A stretch of 53,159 bases of DNA, from contig CANQNL010000003.1 of NCBI GenBank assembly GCA_947625215.1, positions 1 to 53,159 on the forward strand, written 5' to 3'. The notes beneath the pieces were generated by a model. It saw nothing but the letters and a program-made list of their open reading frames with translations. It did not search any database and was not told the DNA's origin. The translations under genes were made by a program, and so were the position numbers. Origin of the DNA: an uncultured Bacilli bacterium. GTDB taxonomy: Bacteria > Bacillota_I > Bacilli_A > RF39 > UBA660. Within the stretch, counting starts at the first letter, position 1. Each line of letters opens with the position of its first letter. Below are positions 18,250 through 29,155 of this stretch, in pieces.

Positions 18250-19071
18250 ATGAGAATGACAGTAGACACAATTCTAGAACTCGCAAGAAAAATTTTAGAT
18301 GTCCTATTAGTATGGGCAATGTTATATTATGTATTTAAAAGTTTAAGAAAAAATGTAAAAATGGTTTTACTATTTAAAGGAATTTTAATAATTGTAGTAG
18401 TGAAAATAATATCTTCGCTTTTAGACTTAGTAACCATTGGATATTTAATCGATTATATTATTGAGTGGGCGCCATTTGCTTTAATTGTTATCTTTCAACC
18501 CGAAATTAGAGATGCCTTAGAACAACTTGGTAGGACAAAACTACTAGGTAATAGAAAAAGATTATCATCAAGTGAAAGAGAAAAGACGATAAATGAAATT
18601 GCAATGGCTTTAGATAGTTTAAGAAAACAAAAAATGGGAGCCTTAATTGTGCTTGAAAGGGAAACTAGTTTAGCTAATTACATAAGTCACGCTCAAAAAA
18701 TATATGCTGAAGTTACCAACCCACTTCTTACAGCTATTTTCTTTGTCAATAACCCATTACACGATGGTGGCGTTATTATTCAAGGCGATCAAATTGCGTG
18801 TGCTAATGCGGTATTTCCAACCAGTGATAACGTTAATTTAAGTAAGAGATTAGGAACAAGACATAGAGCAGCTTTAGGAATATCAGAACAATCTGATTGT
18901 ATTGCTATTATTCTTTCAGAAGAAACTGGTCGTATTTCACTCGCTATCGCTGGACAATTAATATATAATGTTTCTTTAGATGAATTAAAAGTTCGTTTAT
19001 TAGAAAGTTTAGCTCCTGCTAAAAAACTACTTGTAGATGATGAGGAGGAGAATAGTAATGAGAAAAAATAA
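18250..19071 (+). CDS. cdaA: Diadenylate cyclase CdaA
   Basis: Three TM helices, IVIFQPEIR, PLHDGGVII (DGA-like motif) and LGTRHRAALG. Confidence 0.93.
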   Translation: MRMTVDTILELARKILDVLLVWAMLYYVFKSLRKNVKMVLLFKGILIIVVVKIISSLLDLVTIGYLIDYIIEWAPFALIVIFQPEIRDALEQLGRTKLLGNRKRLSSSEREKTINEIAMALDSLRKQKMGALIVLERETSLANYISHAQKIYAEVTNPLLTAIFFVNNPLHDGGVIIQGDQIACANAVFPTSDNVNLSKRLGTRHRAALGISEQSDCIAIILSEETGRISLAIAGQLIYNVSLDELKVRLLESLAPAKKLLVDDEEENSNEKK

Positions 19072-20422
19072 AAAAAGAGGATTTTTTAAATCTATCGCGC
19101 ATTTTTTTGATAAAAAATTAGTTATGCCTATTACTAGGGTAATTGTCAAAATAGCAAAAGCTTTTGAACGTTCTGAGAAGACAATTGAAAGCTGGCTTTC
19201 TAAGCAAAATACATTGTTATTTGTTTCACTCATTATAGCCGTAATTATCTTTATTGTAATCGATAGGCGATTAGTAGTATTTACTAGTCAAACAGCAGAA
19301 ATTTTAAAAGATCAGACAGTTGAGGCAACTTATAATGAAGAAGCATATGTTGTTGAAGGATTACCTGAAACAGTTGATATTACTCTAATGGGTAGTCGTT
19401 CAGATTTATTCATTGCTAAACAGTCAACTACTTCAAAAGTGGCAATTGATCTAACAGGTCTTCAGCCAGGTGCTCATCGTGTTAATGTTGAGTACAGTCA
19501 ACCACTTAGTTCAATTGAATATAGTGTTAACCCATCAATCGCCACAGTAAATATTTATCCAAAAGTTTCTGAAACTAAGACTCTTACTACTGATATTTTA
19601 AATCAAGACAATCTTGATGATAAATTAGTTATTAATAGTATTACACCAGAAACTGATCAAGTTGTTATAAAAGGAACTGATGATAAAAATGCCGTTAACA
19701 GTTTAACTAAAGTGTCAGCAGTTAAAGCATTAGTTGATATTGATCAGTTAAGTACCCAAACAGCGGGGACAACAACAATAAAAGATGTTCCATTAAAAGC
19801 TTATGATAAAGATGGTAATATTCTCGATATTGAAATTGTTCCATCAAAAATCAATGTTGATTTAGAAATTGATTCACCAAGTAAAGAAGTACCAATTCAA
19901 GTAATACCTAATGGTGAAATTGGTTTTGGTAAAGCTATTAGCTCTATTAATATGAGTGATTCAAGCGCAATTGTATATGCTACTAGGGATGTTTTAGAGA
20001 ATTTGAAAAATATTCCAGTTGAAGTAGATGTAACTGGTTTAAGAGAAAATAGAGAATACAAACTTGAACTTACAAAACCTAAAGGTGTTAAATCAATGTC
20101 TCTAAGTACAATTACTTTAAAATTTACTTTAGGTGATTCAACTGATAAAGATATTGATAATGTTAATATCGATGTTCGTAATTTAGATGATCGATATAGT
20201 GTACAAGGACTTAGTGAAAATGATATTAAGGTCACGGTCAATGTTAAAGGTGTTGATGGTGTACTTAAAGGACTTACAGCTGATGATATTACCGCTTATA
20301 TTGATCTTAAAGATTACAAAGCTGGAGAGTATGAAATTCCAGTTAAAGTTGAAGGCTCAGATTCAAGAGTACAATATCTATCAAAAACTAAAAAAGTTAA
20401 GATTAGAATTGTTGAAAAATAA
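19058..20422 (+). CDS. cdaR: CdaR (YbbR-like) regulator
   Basis: Overlaps cdaA; single TM helix followed by repeated YbbR-like domains (AIDLTGLQPG, AYIDLKDYKAGEY). Confidence 0.88.
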   Translation: MRKNKKRGFFKSIAHFFDKKLVMPITRVIVKIAKAFERSEKTIESWLSKQNTLLFVSLIIAVIIFIVIDRRLVVFTSQTAEILKDQTVEATYNEEAYVVEGLPETVDITLMGSRSDLFIAKQSTTSKVAIDLTGLQPGAHRVNVEYSQPLSSIEYSVNPSIATVNIYPKVSETKTLTTDILNQDNLDDKLVINSITPETDQVVIKGTDDKNAVNSLTKVSAVKALVDIDQLSTQTAGTTTIKDVPLKAYDKDGNILDIEIVPSKINVDLEIDSPSKEVPIQVIPNGEIGFGKAISSINMSDSSAIVYATRDVLENLKNIPVEVDVTGLRENREYKLELTKPKGVKSMSLSTITLKFTLGDSTDKDIDNVNIDVRNLDDRYSVQGLSENDIKVTVNVKGVDGVLKGLTADDITAYIDLKDYKAGEYEIPVKVEGSDSRVQYLSKTKKVKIRIVEK

Positions 20423-20495
20423 CTGCTAAATGCAGTTTTTTCTTGACATAAAAGGTTAAAAAAGTTATTATAGTTATAGAGAATAGGAGGGAATT

Positions 20496-21044
20496 ATGGA
20501 ATTTTTAAAAGAAATAAAATCTTCGCTATTAATTATGGCAGGCTTTTATTTAATTATTGGGTTAATAATGCTTCTTGCCCCAACTTTTGTCAGTAACTCA
20601 ATTTGCTATTTGATAGGAGCTATTTGTCTAGTAGTTGGCGGGCTTGCTATCTATACTTATATAGCATCTGAGGTTTATGGATCTTTAGGAGCTGCATTAT
20701 TAATTGTTTCAGTGATATTTATTGGATCAGGTATATTTATAATTTTAAATCCTGAACTGCTTGCATCATTTATTCCAATAGTGATGGGAATAATTTTAGT
20801 TGTTGATGCCTTTGGAAAAATGCAATCATCAGCAACCTTACATAAATATGGGTACAGTAATTGGTGGCAAGTTTTAGTATCTGCCCTTATTGTCTTTGTA
20901 TTTGGAATTGTACTATTATTTAATCCATTTGAAACTATAACGCTTCTTATTAGAGTTTTAGGCGCTTTCTTAATTATTGATGGGTTATCTAGTGCATTAA
21001 CTGTTGGAAGTTATACAAAAATTGAAAAGGCTATCAAAAATTGA
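20496..21044 (+). CDS. DUF308 / HdeD family membrane protein
   Basis: Six hydrophobic segments in two repeats, with LLFNPF. Confidence 0.78.
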   Translation: MEFLKEIKSSLLIMAGFYLIIGLIMLLAPTFVSNSICYLIGAICLVVGGLAIYTYIASEVYGSLGAALLIVSVIFIGSGIFIILNPELLASFIPIVMGIILVVDAFGKMQSSATLHKYGYSNWWQVLVSALIVFVFGIVLLFNPFETITLLIRVLGAFLIIDGLSSALTVGSYTKIEKAIKN

Positions 21045-21165
21045 TAGCTTTTTATTATAAACTTTATGTTTATTTAATTTTGCTAATAAAGATTATATTA
21101 AAAAAAGCGCCTAGCTAAAGCTAAGTACTTTTTCTTAAATGGATTAAGCTTTATAAAAAACATAT

Positions 21166-21597
21166 TTATTTTGTTTTTTTAGTTTTGTTTTCTTTTAATA
21201 AATCTCTAATTTCTTCAAGTAAGATAACCTCATCACTTTTAGAAGGAGCAGGCTCTTCTTTTTTACGGATAATTTTATTAACAATTTTAATTAATATAAA
21301 AATACATATTGCTGTAACTAAAAAGTCAAATACAGCTTGAAAAAACGTTCCATATTCTACAGTAAGGCTACCAATAGTATAACTTAAACCACGGAAGTTA
21401 ATTCCGCCAAGAATCGTTCCAATTAAGTCAGTTAATATTTTGGTAAAAGCGGTAACAATATTACTAAAAGCTGCACCTATAATAACTCCAATAGCAAGAT
21501 CCATTACATTGCCGCGAGCAATAAATTCTTTAAATTCCTTAATGATTCCTTTAGATTCTTTTGATAGTTTTTCTTTATCAATTTTCATTTTTTTCAT
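21166..21597 (-). CDS. mscL: Large-conductance mechanosensitive channel
   Basis: EFKEFIARGNVMDLAIGVIIGAAF and LLEEIRDLL. Confidence 0.95.
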   Translation of the reverse strand: MKKMKIDKEKLSKESKGIIKEFKEFIARGNVMDLAIGVIIGAAFSNIVTAFTKILTDLIGTILGGINFRGLSYTIGSLTVEYGTFFQAVFDFLVTAICIFILIKIVNKIIRKKEEPAPSKSDEVILLEEIRDLLKENKTKKTK

Positions 21598-21804
21598 AGT
21601 TTCACCTCTCGAAGGTTATTATATCGCAAAAAATAAAAAAATCAAGTTATAGATAGCTAAATAATCAATTTCCCTTTATTTAATCATATAATTTTGGTAT
21701 ACTAATGTTGTGGAAAAGGAATATTTTCTTAAAATAAGAGTAAAAAGAAAAATTTTAACAATAAAAATTTAATTGTATTTATTGATGAAAGTAAGGTGTA
21801 AGAT

Positions 21805-22284
21805 ATGAATAATAAAAATGTTGTATATAATAAAGTAAAAGAATTTGTGCGAAAATATCCAGGAACAATAGCTTGGCGTTTAAAAGCACATTCTAGAGTT
21901 GCTGAAAAATACCTTAATGATGATGAAGAAGTTTTATATGTTTTTGCAGGTCAAAAAGGACCTAGTTCTTTAGATATGATTAGAACGTATGTCGTTGTTA
22001 TTACTAATAAAAGATTTATTCTTGCCCAAAAACGTTTAATTTTTGGTTATTTTTATCATAGTATTACTCCAGATTTATTTAACGATTTTACAATTAAATC
22101 CGGAATTCTTTGGGGAAGAATTATCATTGATACGGTTAAAGAGACAGTTGTTATGACAAATCTTTCAAAAAGTTCTCTCCCAGAGCTTGAAACAGTTGTC
22201 TCAAAATATATGATTCAAAAGAAGCGTAGTTATAAAACTTCTGATGAAGAAGATAAAGATATTTTAAGTGAAGAGAGCGAATAG
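21805..22284 (+). CDS. Bacterial PH-domain protein
   Basis: YLNDDEEVLYVFAG...VVVITNKRFILAQK pattern. Confidence 0.7.
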   Translation: MNNKNVVYNKVKEFVRKYPGTIAWRLKAHSRVAEKYLNDDEEVLYVFAGQKGPSSLDMIRTYVVVITNKRFILAQKRLIFGYFYHSITPDLFNDFTIKSGILWGRIIIDTVKETVVMTNLSKSSLPELETVVSKYMIQKKRSYKTSDEEDKDILSEESE

Positions 22285-22344
22285 GCTCTTTTTTCTTGAA
22301 AAAAAATCTTTAATTATATATAATTGATATAGGAGGATTGCTTT

Positions 22345-23586
22345 ATGAAGTATTTAGTAAAAACCTTATTAATTTTATTAGTAATTCTTTTATCTTTAAA
22401 ATTAATTTTTCATATATTTGATAAAGGTCATATTACTGATTATTCAGTAGGTAATTTTCAAGTAAAAGAACAGTTAAAAACTAAATCTTTATATGGAAAA
22501 GATAATTACTATTTTGAAATTACACACGAGAAATTTAATATGAATTTTCAACTGCCAATTAATTATAATAAAGCTGAAAAAATAATAAATAAAATTAAAT
22601 ATATAAAAACTTCAAATATGAACTGTATTATGCCTATATTTAAAGGCAATAAAATTGTAACTGATATTATGTGCTTAACAAATGATTCTATGATTAAGTT
22701 TTATCACGATTTAAATGATAGTGAAAAATCATCACTTTCTAAATTTGTAAAATCCTTAAAAAAATATAATTATGATCCAGAAATTTATATAGATAAGGCT
22801 AACGCTAGGAAATTATCAAATACCCAAAGTGTATACGATGATAATTTAACAGAAAATCATTATTTAGCGATTGAAAATTATAAAGGACTTACGCTATTTA
22901 ATAGTAAGCAAAATTCAGTTAAATTATTTAATAATGATATTTATACTAAGCCAGTAAAAACATTTACTGATAAATATTATATTGTCGCTGATTATAATGA
23001 AGAATATAGTTTTAAAAATTTTTATATTGTTAATATCATAAATGGCAATACAAAGAAAATTCGCAGTTATGATGATATATCGTTTGATTCTATTGTTGAG
23101 GGAACAGTTGGTGAAAATACTTACATTTTTGACAAAGATGCCGAAACACAATATAAAGTAAATCTCAAATATGAAAGCGTAGAAAAAGCAGGGACTAAAG
23201 ATAATATTAAATATTATAATGGTAAATGGGGAACAATGACTTTAAATGAAGCCCTAGATGGAAAGAAATTTGAAAACGATTATAAAAAAGCCCCAAAAGG
23301 TTATATTAAGGCCGTATGTAAATCTAATAAAACAGGATATTGTTATTATTATAAAAAAGTAAATGATATTTATGAAGTATACCGTAGTGATGTTCAAAAC
23401 CCTAAGTTAAAGACTTATTTATTTAAGACAACTGATATTGATAGTATCATATACTTAAATAACTACATTTATTTTATTAATGGTAATATAATTAATTATT
23501 ACTATGATAATGGTGTAAGAAAAGTACTTACAGATACTGAATTAGAATTTAATGATGATATTTCTTTCGGTGTATATGCAAAGTAA
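22345..23586 (+). CDS. Hypothetical exported/membrane-anchored protein
   Basis: 413-aa ORF with an N-terminal hydrophobic helix and a good RBS; Tyr/Lys/Asn rich. Confidence 0.7.
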   Translation: MKYLVKTLLILLVILLSLKLIFHIFDKGHITDYSVGNFQVKEQLKTKSLYGKDNYYFEITHEKFNMNFQLPINYNKAEKIINKIKYIKTSNMNCIMPIFKGNKIVTDIMCLTNDSMIKFYHDLNDSEKSSLSKFVKSLKKYNYDPEIYIDKANARKLSNTQSVYDDNLTENHYLAIENYKGLTLFNSKQNSVKLFNNDIYTKPVKTFTDKYYIVADYNEEYSFKNFYIVNIINGNTKKIRSYDDISFDSIVEGTVGENTYIFDKDAETQYKVNLKYESVEKAGTKDNIKYYNGKWGTMTLNEALDGKKFENDYKKAPKGYIKAVCKSNKTGYCYYYKKVNDIYEVYRSDVQNPKLKTYLFKTTDIDSIIYLNNYIYFINGNIINYYYDNGVRKVLTDTELEFNDDISFGVYAK

Positions 23587-23595
23587 GGGGTGATT

Positions 23596-24864
23596 ATGGT
23601 GAAAGAAGAAAAACTTGGATTAGTATTATCAGGTGGTGGATCTAAAGGAGCCTATGAGATTGGGGTATATAAGGCTTTAAAAAAACTAGGGAAATTTCCT
23701 GATATTGTTACAGGCACTTCTGTAGGCGCTCTTAATGGCGTAATGATTGTGCAAAAAGATTACCATAAGGCTTTAAAGCTATGGAAAAATATTTCATTTT
23801 CAAAAGTATATGATGAAGATGCATTTCCAATATGTGATAATCCAGACATTGCTGATGTCTATAAAATGTATGCTAAAACATTTATTACCGAAGGTGGTTT
23901 AGATATTGATGCTTTAGAAAGGCTTTTTGAACAATTATATAAACCACATAAATTTTTCTCATCGAATATTGACTATGGTTTAGTTACATATAATTTAAGT
24001 AAAAACAAACCTGTTTTTAAAACTAAAGCTGAACTAACTTTTGAAAATGTTAAAGATTATGTTATTGCATCAGCTTCTTGTTATCCGGCTTTTAAACCAC
24101 GTAAGATTGGTGATGAGTTATTTATAGATGGGGGCTATTATGACAATCTTCCTATTAATTTAGCTTTAAAAATGGGGGCAACAGAGATAATAGCGGTTGA
24201 TCTTCGCGCGGTTGGTTTTAAAAGACCTGTTAAGACAGACGCACCAATTACAACTATTATACCTAGAAATAAAATAGTTTCATTCTTAGTTTTTGATAAA
24301 GCTAAATCAAGAGAAGCTTTAAGATTTGGTTATAATGATACAATGAAAACTTTTGGCCATTTTGATGGTGATGAGTATACATTTAAAAAGCATAATTTAA
24401 TAAACAATTATAATCGTTATGGAAAATTGTTTGAAGATAAGATAAATGATATTTTAAAAGATGTCGATGATGGAATATTAGGGAAAATTATCAATGCTTC
24501 TATTTTTAAGGCCATAGTTAAGGATAAAGTTTCTTACAACCATTTTAATCAATTAGTTGAGGAAGCTGGGAAATGTTTTAAATTTGCTGAAGATGTTTTA
24601 TATAATATAAGAACATATAATAAAGGTTTACTTACAGAATTATCTAAAGTAGAACCAGTAGATATTAATAATATTATTAATAAAATAAAAAATCGAAAAT
24701 TAAAAAATTTGATTGATAGAAGGCAAATAGTTAGACTATTTTATGAAGCAATTATTAATGATAAGGTTCGTGAAGTCTTTGTATTACTACCAGTTTTTGC
24801 TGATGAATTTTTAATTGCTTTATATCTTTATATTGTTAAAAATAATGTTATTGGATTTTATTAA
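23596..24864 (+). CDS. Patatin-like phospholipase
   Basis: LSGGGSKG, GTSVG nucleophile and IDGG. Confidence 0.92.
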   Translation: MVKEEKLGLVLSGGGSKGAYEIGVYKALKKLGKFPDIVTGTSVGALNGVMIVQKDYHKALKLWKNISFSKVYDEDAFPICDNPDIADVYKMYAKTFITEGGLDIDALERLFEQLYKPHKFFSSNIDYGLVTYNLSKNKPVFKTKAELTFENVKDYVIASASCYPAFKPRKIGDELFIDGGYYDNLPINLALKMGATEIIAVDLRAVGFKRPVKTDAPITTIIPRNKIVSFLVFDKAKSREALRFGYNDTMKTFGHFDGDEYTFKKHNLINNYNRYGKLFEDKINDILKDVDDGILGKIINASIFKAIVKDKVSYNHFNQLVEEAGKCFKFAEDVLYNIRTYNKGLLTELSKVEPVDINNIINKIKNRKLKNLIDRRQIVRLFYEAIINDKVREVFVLLPVFADEFLIALYLYIVKNNVIGFY

Positions 24865-24908
24865 AATGATATTTGTGCTATAATCTTAAATAAGAAAGGG
24901 TGATTTTG

Positions 24909-25916
24909 ATGTCAAAGACAATTTTGACTGGCTTAAGGCCAACTGGAAATCTACATTTAGGACATTATTTTGGAGCTGCCCAAAATTGGCTTAGACTTCA
25001 AGATGACTATGATTTTTATCTAGAAATAGCTGACATTCAGGCTTTGACAGATAATTTTGATAATCCTGAAAAAGTCAGAAAAAATGTTCACGAAATAGCT
25101 ATTGATTTATTATCAATAGGAATTAATCCTGATAAAGTACATTTATTTATTCAATCAGCAGTTCCAGAAATAGCTGAACTTACGGTTATTTATTCAAATT
25201 TAGTTACGATGTCTAGACTTTATCGTAATCCAACAGTTAAAAATGAAATTGCTCAAAGGAAAGCTTTATTTGGAAATGAAGGCGAAAGTGTAACTTATGG
25301 ATTTGTAGGTTATCCTGTAAGTCAAGCTGCTGATATTACCGCTTTTAATGGACAGCTTGTTCCTGTTGGTGAAGATCAGCTACCACTTATTGAACAGTGC
25401 CGAGAAATTGTCCGTAAATTTAATTCGATTTATGGCAAAGTTTTAATTGAACCAGAACCTTTATTATCTAAATTTAGACGAGTAAAAGGTTTAGATGGTA
25501 GTGAAAAAATGGGTAAAAGTTTAAATAATGGCATTTTTCTATCTGATAGTGAAGAAGTTGTTTCAAAAAAAATAATGGGAGCAGTTACTGACCCAGATAA
25601 AATTAAAAAAGATGATCCAGCTAATCCAGATATTTGTATGGTTTATTACTATCATAAACTTATTGGTAGTAAAAACCTAGAAAATATATGCGAAGAATGT
25701 AAACTTGGCAAACGTGGCTGCGTTGCTTGTAAAAAGGAGTTAATTAAAAATATGATGGAATTTTTAAAACCTATTCACGAAAAAAGAGCTTATTATGAAG
25801 CTCATCCTGAAGAAGTTGATGCTATTTTATTAAAAGGAACTAAAGAAGCTAGAGCAAAGGCTAAAGAAGTTATGAAGACAGTTCGTCAAGCCGTAAAAAT
25901 TGATTATTTTGACTAA
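24909..25916 (+). CDS. trpS: Tryptophan--tRNA ligase
   Basis: TGLRPTGNLHLGH (HIGH), YPVSQAADI, VPVGEDQ and KMGKS. Confidence 0.96.
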   Translation: MSKTILTGLRPTGNLHLGHYFGAAQNWLRLQDDYDFYLEIADIQALTDNFDNPEKVRKNVHEIAIDLLSIGINPDKVHLFIQSAVPEIAELTVIYSNLVTMSRLYRNPTVKNEIAQRKALFGNEGESVTYGFVGYPVSQAADITAFNGQLVPVGEDQLPLIEQCREIVRKFNSIYGKVLIEPEPLLSKFRRVKGLDGSEKMGKSLNNGIFLSDSEEVVSKKIMGAVTDPDKIKKDDPANPDICMVYYYHKLIGSKNLENICEECKLGKRGCVACKKELIKNMMEFLKPIHEKRAYYEAHPEEVDAILLKGTKEARAKAKEVMKTVRQAVKIDYFD

Positions 25917-25938
25917 AAGGATTTAAAGTCCTTTTTTT

Positions 25939-26065
25939 CATAATAAAAACGCACCATATTTTTACTTATAAAAAGCAGAATATAATTAAGTAAAAAATGA
26001 CTTGGTGCGCATATGGAGCCTAAGCCCCTTTAGATAAGCTTTACTTACCTAAAGGAGCCTAGGCT
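25939..26065. repeat. 127-bp double-hairpin element, copy A (downstream of P4)
   Basis: Matches 45697-45823 with 2 mismatches. Contains the arms CGCACCA..TTTTTACTTA / TAAGTAAAAA..TGGTGCG and CCTTTAG..TAAG / CTTA..CTAAAGG. Confidence 0.9.
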
Positions 26066-26079
26066 CATTTAATATAAAC

Positions 26080-27102
26080 TCAATCAGCACAATTCCATGC
26101 ATTAACCCACTCTAAATCTGAGGTAGTATTATACCCATCGCTTACTTCTGCCAATATATTGACTCTTTGATTCCAATTTCCAATATACACATTTATTGTT
26201 GGAGACGTTACTGTTACCTTTTCATTTCGACCACCAGAAAATGTATATGAGCAAATATATGTACCGTTACATTCAGCAGGGAATGTCATACTAGTAGAAC
26301 AGTCAGGAGTTACACTTGGTGATGGCAACAATAAGGTACTAACAGATTTAACTTCTGATTCTATCTCTTTTCCATCTTTTGTTGTTAGTTTAACTTGAAT
26401 ATTATGTTCCGTATTATGGGTTATTTGGTCAAAGATGTGCGTAGAACTATCTTCAACATAATCTGCTGTATCTAATTTATATTCATATTTTGTTATTTCT
26501 GCCCTTGGTTCTATTTTTGGTGTTACCGTTATTGACCTAGTTGTTGATACTGTTTCAAAATCTACTATAGGATCTGGGTCTGGTATTACCTCTCCTTTTC
26601 CTAATTGTTCAAAGGTAAAGCTTATCTTTACTTCACTACTTCCTATTTCTGGTACGCCGTTAAAATCTGGATTATATTCGATTTTTACTTTGATTATTTT
26701 TACCCCTTTACTTGATAATGTCTCTCCCTTTTCATATCCACTTGTTGTTATTTTTATAGCATCGTGATTACTTACAGTTGTCTGTTCAACATTTGTAAGT
26801 ACAGCATCCAATGTTCCTTTATTTTCGATAGTTACATCGTATTCTATGGAATCCCCTTTTTGATATAAGTTAGCTTCCATACTGGCCGTTAATTCTGACC
26901 AAACTGGATTATTTACTTCTTCGGCCATATTAGTTATATTAGTTCTTTCTACATTAGTTATTTTTATTTCCCAGTTACTTGTTATACTAGTTGTTCCATT
27001 TATATCAAGGAGTGTATTAAAAGCGGCATACCCTACAGTCATAAAGAGTAATACTCCGCATAGCGAGCATATTATTATATTTCTTTTTTTGCGTTCACTC
27101 AT
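26080..27102 (-). CDS. Family member P4: conserved N-terminus, FN3-like segment and variable Cys domain, no Hint
   Basis: MSERKKRNIIICSLCGVLLFMTVGYAAFNTLL; ends VSDGYN...NAWNCAD*. Confidence 0.85.
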   Translation of the reverse strand: MSERKKRNIIICSLCGVLLFMTVGYAAFNTLLDINGTTSITSNWEIKITNVERTNITNMAEEVNNPVWSELTASMEANLYQKGDSIEYDVTIENKGTLDAVLTNVEQTTVSNHDAIKITTSGYEKGETLSSKGVKIIKVKIEYNPDFNGVPEIGSSEVKISFTFEQLGKGEVIPDPDPIVDFETVSTTRSITVTPKIEPRAEITKYEYKLDTADYVEDSSTHIFDQITHNTEHNIQVKLTTKDGKEIESEVKSVSTLLLPSPSVTPDCSTSMTFPAECNGTYICSYTFSGGRNEKVTVTSPTINVYIGNWNQRVNILAEVSDGYNTTSDLEWVNAWNCAD

Positions 27103-27194
27103 AATTATCACTCCTAAAATTAATATAGCCAAAATATTTTATTTTATTTATCATTACATAACTAATTTATTACTTTATATTTTTTCTACTTTAT

Positions 27195-27229
27195 ATTATA
27201 ATTATGGGTCTGAGTATTGTCAATACTCA
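27195..27229 (-). promoter_or_regulatory. Consensus sigma-A promoter of P4 with a palindromic operator over the -35 box
   Basis: Minus strand TTGACA-N17-TATAAT; TGAGTATT-GTC-AATACTCA perfect 8-bp inverted repeat at 27211-27229. Confidence 0.8.
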
Positions 27230-27282
27230 AAAAGATAAAAAATTTCGTATAGTTGATAAACTGATATTCGAGGTGATTGTTA

Positions 27283-27507
27283 ATGAAAATAGTTGCCAAT
27301 AACTACAAATCAAATGAAATTATGAGAATAATAAGGGAGTGGACAGAATTATCACAAAAAGATTTTGCTAAATCAATTGGTAGAAGTCGTGATAGTATTA
27401 ATAGTATTGAAAATGGAAGAAATAGAGTCTTCTTAAATACCTTATTAGAGATCGCTAAAGAGCACGATATTACAATTACAATCGAAAAGAAAACTAAAGT
27501 TCATTAA
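27283..27507 (+). CDS. XRE-family HTH transcriptional regulator
   Basis: IREWTELSQKDFAKSIGRSRDSINSIENGR; divergent from P4. Confidence 0.88.
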   Translation: MKIVANNYKSNEIMRIIREWTELSQKDFAKSIGRSRDSINSIENGRNRVFLNTLLEIAKEHDITITIEKKTKVH

Positions 27508-27555
27508 ATATTTTCTTGCAAAAAAAATGACAATATTGTTTTGTCATTTTTTGTT

Positions 27556-29142
27556 TTAACGAACTCCGCCACCTGATGATGCTCCGCCAGCACCACCACC
27601 GCCAGAAGAAAAACTACCACCATTAGAGGCTGTATACATAGCGCTGTGGCTAAAATAATGTATACTATAACAACTATTATAATACATAATATTTTGGTCA
27701 TACTCTGCAGGATGAAAATCTTTAAACTGTTTAGCTACCTCTTCGGCAATTCCGAAAGCTTCTGCAAAAATTAAATATTCATCCCATAAATGAACCTCAA
27801 CAGCTTTCTTATCTTCAATAACTGTCATATCACAAAGAAATTGTTTTAATCCTTTTAACTTGATAAATTCATCTCTTAAACTAGCTGTAAATTTATACTG
27901 TTTTTTACCCTTACTATTGGTAATTTTAGTAATATATCCTTTATTAATTAATAATTCTTTCGAATATTCTTCAGTATCCTTAAGCCACTTATTTATTTTT
28001 TCATAATTTTTTCGGCACCATTTTTCAAACTGCTTTGATGTTAAATGTGAATTATTATCGGCTGCGCTTTGTAAATACCCCATTAATGTTGCTTCTACTT
28101 TATGATCGCAATGTTTTAAATTTGTTAAATCTAAATAATAATTATCGGCTTTATTAAAATCTAATAATCCTCCTTCGGTAGGAACTATCGTTATATTCTT
28201 ATTTTTAATCCATTTTAAAAGTAAACAACCGATAAGAGAATCCGAGCGTATTAATGATTTATATTTACCAATAAAATAAGCTTCGATTATATCTTTATCA
28301 AATGGTATATCTCTAAAATTAGGAATTTCTTTTGGGATAATAAATTCACTTTCATCATATTCTTTACGTACCAAAACTTTACCAAAAACTAATACACATA
28401 TAATAAAAACAAATATAGAAATTATAGCACCAAAACTATCATCAGTCTCTACGCCCTTTAAAGCTTTAGATGCTACATCATTATAAGTTCCTCCTTGCGT
28501 TATTGCCGGAGTAAAAGTACCATTTGGAAAACCGACTAAAACAACGACATAATCACTAGAAGTTAAACTATTATTACTTTTAAAAGTAATTTGACTATCT
28601 TCTTTCGTATTAGTACTATTAAAGCCATATGAACTATACTTAATATCTGAAAGTAAAGTACCATATTTAATATTTAAAGTAAATGATTTGGGAGCTGGAT
28701 TCATATCTTTAGGCAAAAACTGAAAATACATTATTTGATTATCACTATACTGCCAAACTAAATTTTTGATAGTATATTTAGATGTATATGTATGAAGGCC
28801 ATATTCAATTCCATAACAAAGTTCCAAACCATCTGAAGTATAATTAATTCCATTTTTATTAGCTTTTTCTTCTTTACTAGCGCTTACATCCCAATTAGGA
28901 ATTGCCGTATATTCTGTTTCATCTCTAGTAACACTAAAGTTTTCAATACTGCGGTTTTGCATATTTCCAAATGAGTGATAACTTTCAGTTCCTTCATCAG
29001 CATCTAACGACCATACTTCAGTAACATAGCCATCACCATTTTGATTAAGCTCTACTGTTATATCAACGCTATTTAAAGTATTAGCTTTAACTACTGGCAT
29101 AAAACAAAATAAACTAACAATAATTAAAATTGTTTTTTTCAT
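27556..29142 (-). CDS. DUF2207 domain membrane protein
   Basis: Signal peptide, VDITVELNQNGDGYVTE, central TM helix, LWDEYLIFAEAFGIA and a Gly-rich C-terminus. Confidence 0.85.
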   Translation of the reverse strand: MKKTILIIVSLFCFMPVVKANTLNSVDITVELNQNGDGYVTEVWSLDADEGTESYHSFGNMQNRSIENFSVTRDETEYTAIPNWDVSASKEEKANKNGINYTSDGLELCYGIEYGLHTYTSKYTIKNLVWQYSDNQIMYFQFLPKDMNPAPKSFTLNIKYGTLLSDIKYSSYGFNSTNTKEDSQITFKSNNSLTSSDYVVVLVGFPNGTFTPAITQGGTYNDVASKALKGVETDDSFGAIISIFVFIICVLVFGKVLVRKEYDESEFIIPKEIPNFRDIPFDKDIIEAYFIGKYKSLIRSDSLIGCLLLKWIKNKNITIVPTEGGLLDFNKADNYYLDLTNLKHCDHKVEATLMGYLQSAADNNSHLTSKQFEKWCRKNYEKINKWLKDTEEYSKELLINKGYITKITNSKGKKQYKFTASLRDEFIKLKGLKQFLCDMTVIEDKKAVEVHLWDEYLIFAEAFGIAEEVAKQFKDFHPAEYDQNIMYYNSCYSIHYFSHSAMYTASNGGSFSSGGGGAGGASSGGGVR

Positions 29143-29155
29143 AAGTTCACCTCTT

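Noticed and set aside
24865-24908. T-box upstream of trpS
   Set aside because: The intergenic gap is only about 45 bp and has no T-box consensus.
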